DNA of 64,000 nt, from NCBI GenBank assembly GCA_963739595.1, contig CAVUBA010000025.1:19200-83199 (forward strand), given 5' to 3'. This DNA is from an uncultured Thermoleophilia bacterium (GTDB lineage Bacteria > Actinomycetota > Thermoleophilia > UBA2241). Shown here piece by piece: positions 40,171 through 49,655 of the stretch. The translations under genes and the position numbers were made by a program. Numbering within the stretch: the stretch's first letter is position 1; the number at the start of each line of letters is the position of its first letter. Below the pieces are notes generated by a model that was not told the origin of the DNA, did not search any database, and worked only from the letters and a program-made list of their open reading frames with translations.

Positions 40171-41007
40171 TCAGGTCCGGCCGGACGGCAGCCTCAAGAC
40201 GACCTCGGCGACCACGGGCCAGTGGTCGGACGGCAGCCGCCCTCCCGGGCGGGTGTGATCGATGCGTGCGCCGGCCACGTCCCAGCGGTCGTCGGCGAAG
40301 ACGTAGTCGATGCGCGTGCCGTCGGTCGACCCGTCCCACCGGTGGTGGGTCGCGGCCTGCGGTCCGCGCTCGCCGAGCCCGGCGAGCGTGTCGCGCAGGC
40401 CGGCGGCGACCAGGCGCGCCACGGCCGGGTCGCCGGCCGTGGCGTTGAGGTCGCCCACGACCAGCCACGGCAGCGCCGGGTCGAGCCAGCCGAGCAGCGC
40501 CTCGGCGCTGCGTACGCGTGAGGCGGCCGAGGCGCCGTCCCAGTGGACGTTGGCGACGCCGAAGCGGCCGCCGGTCCACAGGTCGGCGAATCGGCACAGG
40601 GTGGCGATGCGGGGGATCGGGTTGCCCCACGAGCGTGAACCCGGTGTGTGCGGCATGTCCGAGAACCAGTTGACCGACCACGATTCCAGGCGCAGCCGTG
40701 CGGGGCGGTAGACGACGGTGCAGCGTTCGCCGCGATCGTAGCCGTCGTCGCGGCCGGCGCCGGCGCCGGCGTAGCCGGGCAGCCGGCGCGCCAGACCTCG
40801 CTCCTGCAGGAGGCGGACCTCCTGGAGCCCGACGAGGTCCGCGTCGAGGCCGCGGATCGCGGTCGCGCACACGCCGGCGCGCAGCGGCCAGCTGTGCCAC
40901 CCGTCGCGGCCGAACCAGCTCCGTACGTTGAACGAAGCAACGCGCAAGAAGGCGGGCGGCCGGGGCCGCCCGCTCTGCTGCGCGTCGCCCTGGGCGCCCA
41001 CTCTCAC
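40171..41007 (-). CDS. Endonuclease/exonuclease/phosphatase (EEP) family protein
   Basis: VASFNVRSW...DLVGLQEV...VVGDLNA...SDHWPVVAE are EEP catalytic motifs. The start could be the internal TTG about 40947. Confidence 0.75.
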   Translation of the reverse strand: MRVGAQGDAQQSGRPRPPAFLRVASFNVRSWFGRDGWHSWPLRAGVCATAIRGLDADLVGLQEVRLLQERGLARRLPGYAGAGAGRDDGYDRGERCTVVYRPARLRLESWSVNWFSDMPHTPGSRSWGNPIPRIATLCRFADLWTGGRFGVANVHWDGASAASRVRSAEALLGWLDPALPWLVVGDLNATAGDPAVARLVAAGLRDTLAGLGERGPQAATHHRWDGSTDGTRIDYVFADDRWDVAGARIDHTRPGGRLPSDHWPVVAEVVLRLPSGRT

Positions 41008-41435
41008 GTGGGGAAGTGACTCCTCCAGAAGGTCGTGTCTTCCTCGCTGCTGAGCCTTGTGTGCCGCGGCTTGTCCCCCTTGCGGTCAGACTCGATCTCG
41101 AGTGCCGTCTCCTGTGTGTCGGTCGGCTTTCTCTGGATCAGGCCGCTGCGTTCGACGTAGTCCTTGAACACCACGAGGTCGTGTCCGAGCTGGCGCTTGA
41201 TCTCCGCCGCCGCCGGCCCGTCCTGCACCTCGTCCATCCGGAAGATGACGGTGGTCCGGCCGTTCCGGGTCGGTGCAAAGTCGACGAGTCCGGCCCGTAC
41301 TGCGTCCACGCACGCCAGGTCGTCACAGACCAGGCGTCCGGGGCCGGTGTGTGCCCATTGGATGAAGCGGCTCCACGTGGAGCCTACGAGAGCAGGGTCT
41401 GCGGCTACCTCGATCTGTTGCTGGATGACGGCCAT
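41004..41435 (-). CDS. Small SRPBCC-like (Bet v1/START-like fold) protein. Family assignment tentative.
   Basis: MAVIQQQIEVAADPALVGSTWSRFIQWAHTG... GGAGG SD 6 nt upstream of ATG 41435. Confidence 0.45.
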   Translation of the reverse strand: MAVIQQQIEVAADPALVGSTWSRFIQWAHTGPGRLVCDDLACVDAVRAGLVDFAPTRNGRTTVIFRMDEVQDGPAAAEIKRQLGHDLVVFKDYVERSGLIQRKPTDTQETALEIESDRKGDKPRHTRLSSEEDTTFWRSHFPT

Positions 41436-41584
41436 GATTGCCTCCGATCGCGGCATCGCTGAAGACACGGATGCGTGGACCGTGAGTACCCGCCGGCGTG
41501 ACAGCGGAATCCATCGTTCTGTGTCAGGAATCGAGGCCGCCTGGGTTTGACGCGCGTCCGGCCCGGCCACCCTAGAATGGGGAC

Positions 41585-42502
41585 ATGGACCACGAGATCA
41601 CGACGATGCCCGCCAGGGCGCTACCGCTCGAACCGGGGACCCGGGTCACGTTTCTGGGACACGCGTCCACAGTCATCGAGATGGACGGTGTGCGCATCGT
41701 CACCGACCCGGTGCTTCGGCGGCTCGTCGGCCCACTGTACCGGCGCGTGCCGCGGCCGCTCACCGAGCCGCTCACGGATCCCGACGTGATCCTCATCTCC
41801 CACCTGCACCTCGACCACTACGACCCGCGCTCGCTGCGCTTGTTCCGACGCGACACGCCGATCCTCGCGCCGGTAGGGGCGGGCCTCTCGCTGCGCTGGC
41901 GCGGCTTCAAGGAGATCTACGAGGTGGAGCCCGGACAGCGCCTGCGCGTCGGGTCGCTGGAGGTGGTGGGCACGGACGCGAAGCACCGCGGGACCCGCCA
42001 CCCGCTGGCGGCCCGCACCCCGAGCCTCGGCTACGTCATCTCGGGGTCTCGCAGCGTGTACTTCGCCGGGGACACGGGCTTCTTCACCGGCATCGCCGAC
42101 ATCTGGCCCGAGCGGCTGGACCTGGCGATGCTCCCGATCGCCGGCATCGGCCCGCTCATGCCCGAGTTCAAGCACATGAGCCCCAGGCACGCCGTCAAGG
42201 CCATGGGGCTCCTGCGCCCTCGTCTCGTCGTGCCCATCCACTGGGGCACCTACCACCTGCCGGGCACGGCGCTGTTCCGCTTCGGGCCCGACTTCCACCG
42301 CCGCGCGCCGTTCCTCTTCATGGCGCAGGCCGCGGACCTGGAGCCCGACGTGCACACGGTGCTGCTGCGCCCCGGAGAGAAGCTCTCCGTGGAGGAGACG
42401 CTCACGGGGCATGCCGGCCACGCCGAGCACGGCGTGCTGGCGCCGCACGAGCCCGCCGGGCCGGAGATGTCCGGGCCCGGCGTTCCCGGCGGGATGTTCT
42501 AG
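41585..42502 (+). CDS. MBL-fold metallo-hydrolase
   Basis: VTFLGHASTVIEMDGVRIVTDP...ILISHLHLDHYD (HxHxDH). Intact. Confidence 0.8.
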   Translation: MDHEITTMPARALPLEPGTRVTFLGHASTVIEMDGVRIVTDPVLRRLVGPLYRRVPRPLTEPLTDPDVILISHLHLDHYDPRSLRLFRRDTPILAPVGAGLSLRWRGFKEIYEVEPGQRLRVGSLEVVGTDAKHRGTRHPLAARTPSLGYVISGSRSVYFAGDTGFFTGIADIWPERLDLAMLPIAGIGPLMPEFKHMSPRHAVKAMGLLRPRLVVPIHWGTYHLPGTALFRFGPDFHRRAPFLFMAQAADLEPDVHTVLLRPGEKLSVEETLTGHAGHAEHGVLAPHEPAGPEMSGPGVPGGMF

Positions 42503-44142
42503 AAGACCTCGGCGACCTCGATGCGGCCTTCTTCGGCCGCCTGCTTCATCGCCGCGTAGTCGGCCTCGTTCTGCGTCGCGTAGGCCTCGGCGAAGTCGGC
42601 CATCGCGATGTCGAAGCGGTCCTTCTTGCCCAGGTACGCGGCGATGGCCGCGGGGTCGCCCGAGCGCGCGTGTCCCTTGGCCAGTGTCCAGGCGCACAGT
42701 TCCCCGTAGGCGAGCAGGTGCGCCGTGTCCATCGTGTCGACGTTCACGGACCCCTTCCAGTCGCGCAGCTGACGCCAGTAGAACGCCCCACCCTGCGGCC
42801 CGTTGCTCCAGCCGAGGAAGATGTCGCTGGCCGACTGGGTCAGGCGCTGGCCGGCCACCACGCGCTCGCCCTGATGCTTGTAGCGGCTGCGCTTCAGGTA
42901 CGGCTCGAGCACCGAGCGGCTGGCCTCCTTGACCTGGAGGAAGAGCACGTCGTCGACGTCACGCCCGGTGAACACCCCGATGAAGCAGCGCGTCCCGACG
43001 GAGCCGACGCCCACGACCTTCAGCGCGAGGTCTTCGAGCTGGTAGCGCGAGAGCAGCTTGATCACGTCGCTGTGCAGCGAGTGGCGGTACGTGTTCCAGT
43101 TCATGCGCACGCTCTGGTTGAGATCGCGGATGTCGAGGCCCGGTGGCAGGTCGCGGAACGGGACCACGAGCGGCGGCTGCGGGACGATGGTGCGCCTTCC
43201 GTCCTGCACGACGGTCAGCTTGGCGGCCGCCTGCGCCGTATCCCGGCTCGTTGCCCGGGCGGCGGTCTTCTCAGCGTCCGCCCGGAGCACCGGGTCGTGG
43301 ATGCCGGCGATGATCTTGTCGGCGTTCATCTGCGTGTACCAGGTCGTCAGCGTGTCCATGTCGGCGAACCGGCGCATGAAGTCGCGGTACGAGCGGGCGC
43401 TCGCGAGTGCGATGGCCCGCGCCTTCTTCTTGCTGAAGCCGTTGCCGCGAGCGGCCACGACGAGGCTGGCGACGAGTCGCTTGACGTCCCACTCGAACGG
43501 GCCGGGCAGCGTCTCGTCGAAGTCGTTGACGTCGAAGACGAGTGAGCGCTCGGGCGAGCCGTACACGCCGAAGTTGAGCAGGTGGGCGTCCCCACACAGC
43601 TGCACCTCGAGGTCGGTGCGGGGGCCGGCGGCGAGGTCGGCGGCCAGGACCGCCGGCGCACCGCGGTAGAAGCCGAACGCGTTCTGGAGCATGCGCGCGT
43701 GACGGACCGGCAGGAGCGGCTTGAGCCTGTCGGTCTCCTGGGCGGTGATGATCGCGACCGGGTCGGCGCGTTCCGGCCCGGGCTCCCACGTGCCCAGCGT
43801 CTCGAGCGGTACGGCCGCCCGCTGCGCCTTGCCCGCGGCGACGCGCTCCTCGAGCGAGACATGCTTCTGCATCGGGAGGGGCGTGCGCGAGGCGGCCGCC
43901 ACGGGCGCGGTAGCCCGTTGCTGGGGCGCCGAAGCTGCCGTCTTCTTCGCCGCCGCGGTCGTCGTCTTCGCGGCGGGCTTCTTGGCGGTCGCCGCCTTCT
44001 TCTCCGTCGGCGGCAGGCCCAGCGCCTGCGCCGCCAGGTCGTCCGTCGACTGCGCGGCCTGCTCGACAGCCGCCCGTACCGACGGCCTGGCCGCGGTCTT
44101 CTTCACCGCGGGGGTCTTCTCGCTGCGCCGGGTCGCCATCAT
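42499..44142 (-). CDS. DUF2252-family protein with a Lys/Ala-rich histone-tail-like N-terminal extension
   Basis: N-terminal TEKKAATAKKPAAKTTTAAAKKTAAS low-complexity basic repeats, then the conserved DUF2252 core (FGFYRGAP...LCGDAHLLNFG...DVNDFDETLPGPFEWDVKRL). Confidence 0.7.
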   Translation of the reverse strand: MMATRRSEKTPAVKKTAARPSVRAAVEQAAQSTDDLAAQALGLPPTEKKAATAKKPAAKTTTAAAKKTAASAPQQRATAPVAAASRTPLPMQKHVSLEERVAAGKAQRAAVPLETLGTWEPGPERADPVAIITAQETDRLKPLLPVRHARMLQNAFGFYRGAPAVLAADLAAGPRTDLEVQLCGDAHLLNFGVYGSPERSLVFDVNDFDETLPGPFEWDVKRLVASLVVAARGNGFSKKKARAIALASARSYRDFMRRFADMDTLTTWYTQMNADKIIAGIHDPVLRADAEKTAARATSRDTAQAAAKLTVVQDGRRTIVPQPPLVVPFRDLPPGLDIRDLNQSVRMNWNTYRHSLHSDVIKLLSRYQLEDLALKVVGVGSVGTRCFIGVFTGRDVDDVLFLQVKEASRSVLEPYLKRSRYKHQGERVVAGQRLTQSASDIFLGWSNGPQGGAFYWRQLRDWKGSVNVDTMDTAHLLAYGELCAWTLAKGHARSGDPAAIAAYLGKKDRFDIAMADFAEAYATQNEADYAAMKQAAEEGRIEVAEVF

Positions 44143-44333
44143 CGTCCTCCTGGAGTCGCGCTTCTCAGCGCCGGACGTACCGGCGTCGTCTTGCGGGGCT
44201 CATACCCACGCCGCCGGGCGGTCAGTCGTCCCGCCGTCGGGGGCAGGTCCCGCAGGCGTCGACGGCGGAGAGTATGGCGCAGAGGGCCGCAGGAGTGGGA
44301 TGATGGCAGCCCACCACGATGCGGAGGACGAGC

Positions 44334-44858
44334 ATGGTCAAGGCGAGCAAGAGCGTGCGCATCGGCGTCATCTCCGACACGCACGGCCACCTCGACCCCC
44401 AGGTCCTCGAGGAGTTCGCCGGCGTCGACCACATCATCCACGCCGGCGACATCATGGACTCGGCCACCCTCGAGGCGCTCGGCAGGATCGCGCCGGTCAC
44501 CGCCGTCGCGGGCAACATGGACGACGGCAAGCTGGGCAAGCTGCCGCGCGAGGTCACCGGCAAGGTCGGCGATGTGCGATTCCTCGTCGGGCACAAGCGT
44601 AAGCGCCTCATGAAGCGCCTCTCGACCGGCAAGGTCGAGGGTCTGGGCAAGCGCGAGTCGCCCGACCTCGTGGTCTGCGGTCACGACCATCTGCCGGCTG
44701 CGGAGTGGGTGGACGGCACGCTGTTCCTCAACCCCGGCTCGGCGAGTGCGCCGCACTACGAGGACGACGACCCCACCATCGCGATCGTCGAGTCCGGTCC
44801 CGTCGGCCTTGGCGTGTGCTTCGTGCGCATCCCCCGCCGCCCGGACGATGAGAGCTGA
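44334..44858 (+). CDS. Metallophosphoesterase (YfcE/MJ0936-like phosphodiesterase)
   Basis: [13 protein letters not shown]...IIHAGDI...LVGHKRK...VVCGHDHL are the calcineurin-like motifs. Confidence 0.8.
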   Translation: MVKASKSVRIGVISDTHGHLDPQVLEEFAGVDHIIHAGDIMDSATLEALGRIAPVTAVAGNMDDGKLGKLPREVTGKVGDVRFLVGHKRKRLMKRLSTGKVEGLGKRESPDLVVCGHDHLPAAEWVDGTLFLNPGSASAPHYEDDDPTIAIVESGPVGLGVCFVRIPRRPDDES

Positions 44859-44862
44859 GCAG

Positions 44863-45324
44863 ATGAAGGCGCACACCGTCTACAAGACCTTCCGCATCCC
44901 CGAACGGCGCGGCTTCGTGCGCATCACCGAGGACGTCCAGGAGGCCGTCGACGAGAGCGGTATCAGCGAGGGGATGGCCCTGGTCGCCGCGATGCACATC
45001 ACGGCCGGCGTGTGGATCAACGACGACGAGCCGGGCATCCAGGCCGACGCGCTCGAGTGGCTGGACAAGCTGGCGCCGCCGTCGTGGCAGCCGCCGGCCA
45101 ACGACGTGGCCCGGCAGCTGCTGCCGGACGGCGGAGACTACCGGCACCACCGCGGCGGCGAGGACAACGGCGACGCCCATCTCAAGAACCTGCTGGTCCA
45201 CCACCAGGTCATCGTGCCGGTCACGGACGGACGGCTCGACCTCGGACCGTGGCAGGCCGTCTTCTACTGCGAGTTCGACGGCCGCCGCTCCAAGCGGCTC
45301 ATCATCAAGGTGCTCGGAGAGTAG
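44863..45324 (+). CDS. YjbQ-family (UPF0047) protein
   Basis: [29 protein letters not shown]...[14 protein letters not shown]...[30 protein letters not shown] is highly characteristic of YjbQ. Confidence 0.8.
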   Translation: MKAHTVYKTFRIPERRGFVRITEDVQEAVDESGISEGMALVAAMHITAGVWINDDEPGIQADALEWLDKLAPPSWQPPANDVARQLLPDGGDYRHHRGGEDNGDAHLKNLLVHHQVIVPVTDGRLDLGPWQAVFYCEFDGRRSKRLIIKVLGE

Positions 45325-45372
45325 ACTTCCGGGCGAGGGGCCCTCGCGGCCAGACGACAGGGGGAGGCTCGC

Positions 45373-45963
45373 ATGAGCGACTATGACAACGATCCCGGGC
45401 GGTCGCGTCCGGAGGTCGTCAACGAGACGGTCGTCGTCGTCGACTCCGGTCGGGTGGCGGGAAAGGCCTGGGGCCTCGTGCTGGCCGTCGGCATCGTCGC
45501 CGTCGTCTTCGGCATCCTCGTCCTCGCCAACATCTGGGGCAGCGTGCATCTGGTGGCGATCTTCGCCGGGCTCTTCCTGCTCTTCGCCGGCGTCCTGCAG
45601 TTCTTCGTCGGCGGGGGAGGCAAGACCGGCCGCATCATCGCCGGCGTCATCGCCATCGTCGCCGGCGTCGCGCTTATCGCCTGGCCCGAGGCCTCGGTGA
45701 AGACCGTGGCCGTCATCGTCGGTCTCGCCTTCCTCATCTGGGGCATCTCCGTCGCCGTGGCCGCGATCGCCGCACACGGCGAGGGCAGCGGCGTCGTCGC
45801 CGGTTTCGGGTTCATCCTCGCCATCGTCGGCCTCATCTTCATCATCTGGCCCGGCCCGACGGTCACCCTGCTCATGATCCTCGTCGGCCTCTCGGCGCTG
45901 ATCTTCGGCATCTCGGCGATCGTCCAGGCGTTCGCCCTGCGGCGCGCCTTGCACGGAGGCTGA
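45373..45963 (+). CDS. HdeD-family (DUF308) acid-resistance-type membrane protein
   Basis: Six TM helices with repeated GIxxIVxGxxL patterns typical of DUF308. Confidence 0.75.
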   Translation: MSDYDNDPGRSRPEVVNETVVVVDSGRVAGKAWGLVLAVGIVAVVFGILVLANIWGSVHLVAIFAGLFLLFAGVLQFFVGGGGKTGRIIAGVIAIVAGVALIAWPEASVKTVAVIVGLAFLIWGISVAVAAIAAHGEGSGVVAGFGFILAIVGLIFIIWPGPTVTLLMILVGLSALIFGISAIVQAFALRRALHGG

Positions 45964-45970
45964 GGCACCG

Positions 45971-46540
45971 ATGGCCGCCGAGCCGGACGACGCCCGCCGC
46001 CCGCCGTCCGAGATGATCGGGCGCATGGTCGCGTCCAGCCGGTTCTTCGTGCTGGTCGCGACCCTGAGCCTGTTCATCGCCTTCATGGCGGTCATGGTGT
46101 CGACGCTCATCGTGACCGTGATGACGATCCTGGACACCGCTCACAAAGGCGGCCTCTCGCAGAACGAGATGATCGGCAAGCTGATCAAGCAGGCCGACTA
46201 CGCGCTGCTGGCCACCGTGCTCTACGTGCTGGCGCTCGGCCTGTACAGCCTCTTCGTCGACGACCGGGTGCCGATGCCGAGCTGGCTCCGCATCCACGAC
46301 CTCGGACAGCTCAAGGAGCTGCTCGCCGGGGTCGTCGTGGTCGCCATCGCCGTGATCTTCCTGGGGCAGGCGCTCACGTGGGACGGCACCTCCGACCTGC
46401 TCGCGCCCGGGCTCGCGTCGGCCGCCGTCATCGCCGCGCTGGCGCTGTTCCTGTGGCAGGCGGCGCGGGAGCGGCACATGGAGACCGAGGACGAACCGGA
46501 CGCCTCCAACGGCGTCGAACACTCCCCGCCGCGCCGCTAG
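45971..46540 (+). CDS. YqhA-family (UPF0114) membrane protein
   Basis: MIGRMVASSRFFVLVATLSLFIAFMAVMV...MIGKLIKQADYALLATVLYVLALGLY. Confidence 0.75.
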   Translation: MAAEPDDARRPPSEMIGRMVASSRFFVLVATLSLFIAFMAVMVSTLIVTVMTILDTAHKGGLSQNEMIGKLIKQADYALLATVLYVLALGLYSLFVDDRVPMPSWLRIHDLGQLKELLAGVVVVAIAVIFLGQALTWDGTSDLLAPGLASAAVIAALALFLWQAARERHMETEDEPDASNGVEHSPPRR

Positions 46541-47291
46541 CGGCCTGCCGGGCCGCCCCGCTCGGGTGCGTCGCCGTCAGCGGTGCCGTCGCCGGCGGGG
46601 CCGCACCGACCGGCACCGGCACCGTCTGTCCCGAGGCGTCGACCTCTTCCAGTTGCTCTTCCATCTTGCGGCCTATGCGGCTGCGCTGGCCGAGGTTCTG
46701 GACGACCAGGGCGACGACGGTGATCAGGTAGAGCTGCCCGAAGATCGCCTCCATCACCGCCGTCATCCGGCCGATGCCGGTCGCTGCGGTGAAATCGCCG
46801 TAGCCGGTGGTCGTGATGGTGACGAAGCTGAAGTAGAGGTAGTCGATCGCCGGCGTGTCTTTGGGGGCCATCGTCAACTGGACGAAGAACTGGTTGCCGC
46901 TGAGAAGAGCGATGAGGCCGTAGGTGGTGGCGAAGAACATGGCGATCAGCAGGTAGACGCACACGGCTCCGTAGAACGTGTTGAGGCTGATGACCGGATG
47001 CTCCACGAGCCGTCTGAGGATCGCTATCGGCGCGACGACGACGAGCAGGATGGTGAGGAGCTTGCTGACGATCGTCGCCGTCTCGTCGTTGCCGACCAGG
47101 ACCAGGACGATGGCCACGAACGTCGCCAGCGGGATCAGGGCGAGGGCGATGCGCAGGATGCGGCGCTTGACCTGCGCGGCACGCAGCGCGAGCCAGGTCG
47201 TGGCTGCGAAGATGATCATCGACACGACGCGACCGGGATTGCCGTCGCCGCCGGCGGCGATCACGAAGAAGCTGACGATGAGGAGCAGCAA
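46428..47291 (-). CDS. Two-TM potassium channel (KcsA-like pore with TTTGYGD filter)
   Basis: FSFVTITTTGYGDFTAATGIGR is the selectivity filter. The start is ambiguous: a TTG, or the upstream ATG plus a frameshift. The 3' end overlaps the convergent YqhA-like gene by about 110 bp. Confidence 0.75.
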   Translation of the reverse strand: MLLLIVSFFVIAAGGDGNPGRVVSMIIFAATTWLALRAAQVKRRILRIALALIPLATFVAIVLVLVGNDETATIVSKLLTILLVVVAPIAILRRLVEHPVISLNTFYGAVCVYLLIAMFFATTYGLIALLSGNQFFVQLTMAPKDTPAIDYLYFSFVTITTTGYGDFTAATGIGRMTAVMEAIFGQLYLITVVALVVQNLGQRSRIGRKMEEQLEEVDASGQTVPVPVGAAPPATAPLTATHPSGAARQAASGAAGSVRRRWRRPVRPRSPCAAPAPPATGTAPARR

Positions 47292-47564
47292 GACGAGGCC
47301 GAAGCTGTCCGCGAACCGCGGCGATTCCGCGAGCAGCCGTCGCGGTCTGGCGGGCTGAACCTCTGGTGTGCGGCGTCGCGTCGCTCATCGTCAGGCAAGA
47401 TGGTATCCCAGAGCGGGGTCGACCGAAACGGGGGAGCCGTGGACCCGGGCCCCCGACAGGCGATCCGTGTTGTCGTGGTCGTACGCGCGCGGTCGGCCCG
47501 GCAGGTGCCGGCGCGGCGCGGCTCGAAACCCCTTCCTGTACACTCGCTGAGAAGTCCCTGAGTC

Positions 47565-48491
47565 ATGCAGAACGGCAACTACACCCAGTACACGTCGCGC
47601 CCCGACCGCGACCGGCGCCGCCGCAAGCAGCGCGGCCGGCGGCGCCTGCTGACGCTGCTCGTCGTCGTCCTGGTGATCGCCGTGATCGCCATCGCCGCCG
47701 TGGTCGTCTTGCGCGGTGGCGGCGGTGGCGCGGGCGCGTCCGGCGGCCGCAATGCAGCCGACGCGGCCACCGGCCCGAGCCCGAAGCCCACGGTGCCGCC
47801 TCCCAAGGTCTGGGTCGCCAGCAAGAAGGACCCCGTGACGGTCTGGGTCGGCGGCGACTCCATGGGCGGCGAGCTCGGCTGGGCGCTCGAGCCGGTCCTC
47901 AAGGACTCCAAGGTGTTCAAGCCCACCACCTTCTACAAGGAGTCCACCGGCATCTGCCGCTACGACTTCTTCGACTGGGGCAAGCAGATCGACACGGTGA
48001 TGCAGACGACCAAGCCGCAGGCTGCCGTCATCATGATCGGCACCAACGACACGCAGTCGGTCAACCAGAACGGCAAGTGGATCCCCTACGGCGATCCGGA
48101 GTGGAAGCGGATCTACGAGCAGCGCGTGGGCGACATCATCGACACGATGCTCAAGGGCGGCGCGAAGCGTGTGTACTGGGTCGGCATGCCGATCATGGGT
48201 GAGAGCTGGCGCAACTCACGCATGAAGCTCATCAACAAGATCTTCCAGAAGCAGGCGGAGAAGCGCCCCGGCGCCGAGTACATCGACATCTGGGGCCTGT
48301 TCACGAAGAGCGACGGCTCGTTCGACCCGTCGCTGCGCCTTGCCGACCAGGTGCACTTCACCAGCCAGGGCCAGGCCCTGCTGGCCGGCGCGGTCTACAA
48401 GGCCATCAGGGCCGACTGGCTGCCGCCGGGATCGGAGACGCCGAGCGAGTCGCCTGCGGCGAGCCCCTCGGCGTCGCCTTCATCGCTCTGA
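47565..48491 (+). CDS. SGNH/GDSL-hydrolase-fold protein of the DUF459 type (PatB/AlgX-like), N-terminally anchored. Copy 1.
   Basis: TM anchor LLTLLVVVLVIAVIAIAAVVVL. VWVGGDSMGGELG...STGICRYDFFDW...IGTNDTQ...VHFTSQGQALLA catalytic-motif context. Confidence 0.75.
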   Translation: MQNGNYTQYTSRPDRDRRRRKQRGRRRLLTLLVVVLVIAVIAIAAVVVLRGGGGGAGASGGRNAADAATGPSPKPTVPPPKVWVASKKDPVTVWVGGDSMGGELGWALEPVLKDSKVFKPTTFYKESTGICRYDFFDWGKQIDTVMQTTKPQAAVIMIGTNDTQSVNQNGKWIPYGDPEWKRIYEQRVGDIIDTMLKGGAKRVYWVGMPIMGESWRNSRMKLINKIFQKQAEKRPGAEYIDIWGLFTKSDGSFDPSLRLADQVHFTSQGQALLAGAVYKAIRADWLPPGSETPSESPAASPSASPSSL

Positions 48492-48496
48492 CCCCG

Positions 48497-48739
48497 GGAC
48501 GGACGCCGAGCTGTGCGAAGCTTCCCTGCCGGCGCCCGGACTGCTCCTGGGCCTGCGATGGTTCGCGGGCCCCTACAGGACGGACGCCGAGCTGTGCGAA
48601 GCTTCCCTGCCGGCGCCCGGACTGCTCCTGGGCCTGCGATGGTTCGCGGGCCCCTGCAGGACGGACGCCGAGCTGTGCGAAGCTTCCCTGCCGGCGCCCG
48701 GACTGCTCCTGGGCCTGCGATGGTTCGCGGGCCCCTACA
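48497..48739 (+). repeat. Perfect tandem array: 3 complete copies of an 81 bp unit, plus 7 bp of a fourth
   Basis: The unit ggacggacgccgagctgtgcgaagcttccctgccggcgcccggactgctcctgggcctgcgatggttcgcgggcccctaca starts at 48497, 48578 and 48659. Copy 2 carries a single a-to-g change. Each unit has the 8 bp palindrome GAAGCTTC and a 10 bp GC-rich hairpin gggcctgcga-tggt-tcgcgggccc. Confidence 0.9.
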
Positions 48740-48759
48740 GGACGGATAATGAGAGTGTC

Positions 48760-49605
48760 ATGACGCCTCTTCTCGCCGCCATCCCCGGGCACCTGCTGGA
48801 CCCCGCCAAGCGGCCGCTGTTCCTCCTGCTGATCGGGTTCATCCTCACGTTCTCCGTCGCGCGCCTCAACACCAGGCTCGCGCGAGCGCGCGGCGGGTCG
48901 CGCCGGCACATGAGCAGCATCGTCACGCCGGGCGGCCTGCACATCCACCACGCGGTGTTCGGCATCATCGGCATGGTGGTGGCCGGGATCCTCGAGTTCG
49001 CCGTGCAGCCAGGCAGCCCATGGCTGGAGGCGCTCGCGTTCATCTTCGGCTCCGGCGCGGCGCTCACGCTGGACGAGTTCGCGCTCATCCTCCACCTGGA
49101 GGACGTGTACTGGACCGGCGAGGGTCGCAAGAGCATCGACGCCGTGATCCTCGGCCTCACCTTCATGACGCTGCTGCTCACCGGGCTGCTGCCGCGCAGC
49201 ATCAACCAGGTGGGCGACTACATCACCGTCTCGCGCTGGCTGGCGTTCGTGCTCATCCTCAGCGGCGCCGTGTTCGTCGTCATCTGCTACCTCAAGGGCA
49301 AGCTGTTCGTGGGCACCGTGGGTATCTTCGTCCCGCCGATCGCCTTCATCGGCGCGTTGCGACTGGCCAAACCGAACTCGCCCTGGGCGCGGCGCGAATA
49401 TGCGGGCAGTCCCGCGAAGATGGAACGGGCGGCGCGCCGCGACGAGGGCTTCCACCAGCTGTGGGAACGGCGCAAGCACCGCCTGTGGGACCTCATCGGC
49501 GGCAAGCCGCACCTCACGCTGCCGCGCCGGGACGCCCGCCGCGACCGCCACGACCGTGGCCCGCGCGGCGGCTCCGCCGGCGACAAGCGCGGCTCGCACG
49601 TCTAG
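48760..49605 (+). CDS. Integral membrane protein of unknown family (about 6 TM), sitting inside the MBOAT/SGNH locus
   Basis: RPLFLLLIGFILTFSVARL...HHAVFGIIGMVVAGILEF...ILSGAVFVVICYL. Intact. In frame with the upstream repeat array, but no start codon lies inside the array. Confidence 0.6.
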   Translation: MTPLLAAIPGHLLDPAKRPLFLLLIGFILTFSVARLNTRLARARGGSRRHMSSIVTPGGLHIHHAVFGIIGMVVAGILEFAVQPGSPWLEALAFIFGSGAALTLDEFALILHLEDVYWTGEGRKSIDAVILGLTFMTLLLTGLLPRSINQVGDYITVSRWLAFVLILSGAVFVVICYLKGKLFVGTVGIFVPPIAFIGALRLAKPNSPWARREYAGSPAKMERAARRDEGFHQLWERRKHRLWDLIGGKPHLTLPRRDARRDRHDRGPRGGSAGDKRGSHV

Positions 49606-49655
49606 GCGTTCGTCCCGCCGCGCCGGGCGTCAGGCGGCGGGCGTCTCCTCGGCCG

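Noticed and set aside
48497-48739. Tandem repeat as a possible CRISPR array
   Set aside because: The units are contiguous with no unique spacers, the 81 bp unit is too long, and no cas genes are present.
48406-49599. ORFs 48513-48749 (78 aa) and 48406-49599 (397 aa) encoding perfectly repeated 27-aa peptides
   Set aside because: These are reading-frame artifacts of the 81 bp tandem DNA repeat. They have no RBS, and the repeat period is a multiple of 3, so every frame stays open.
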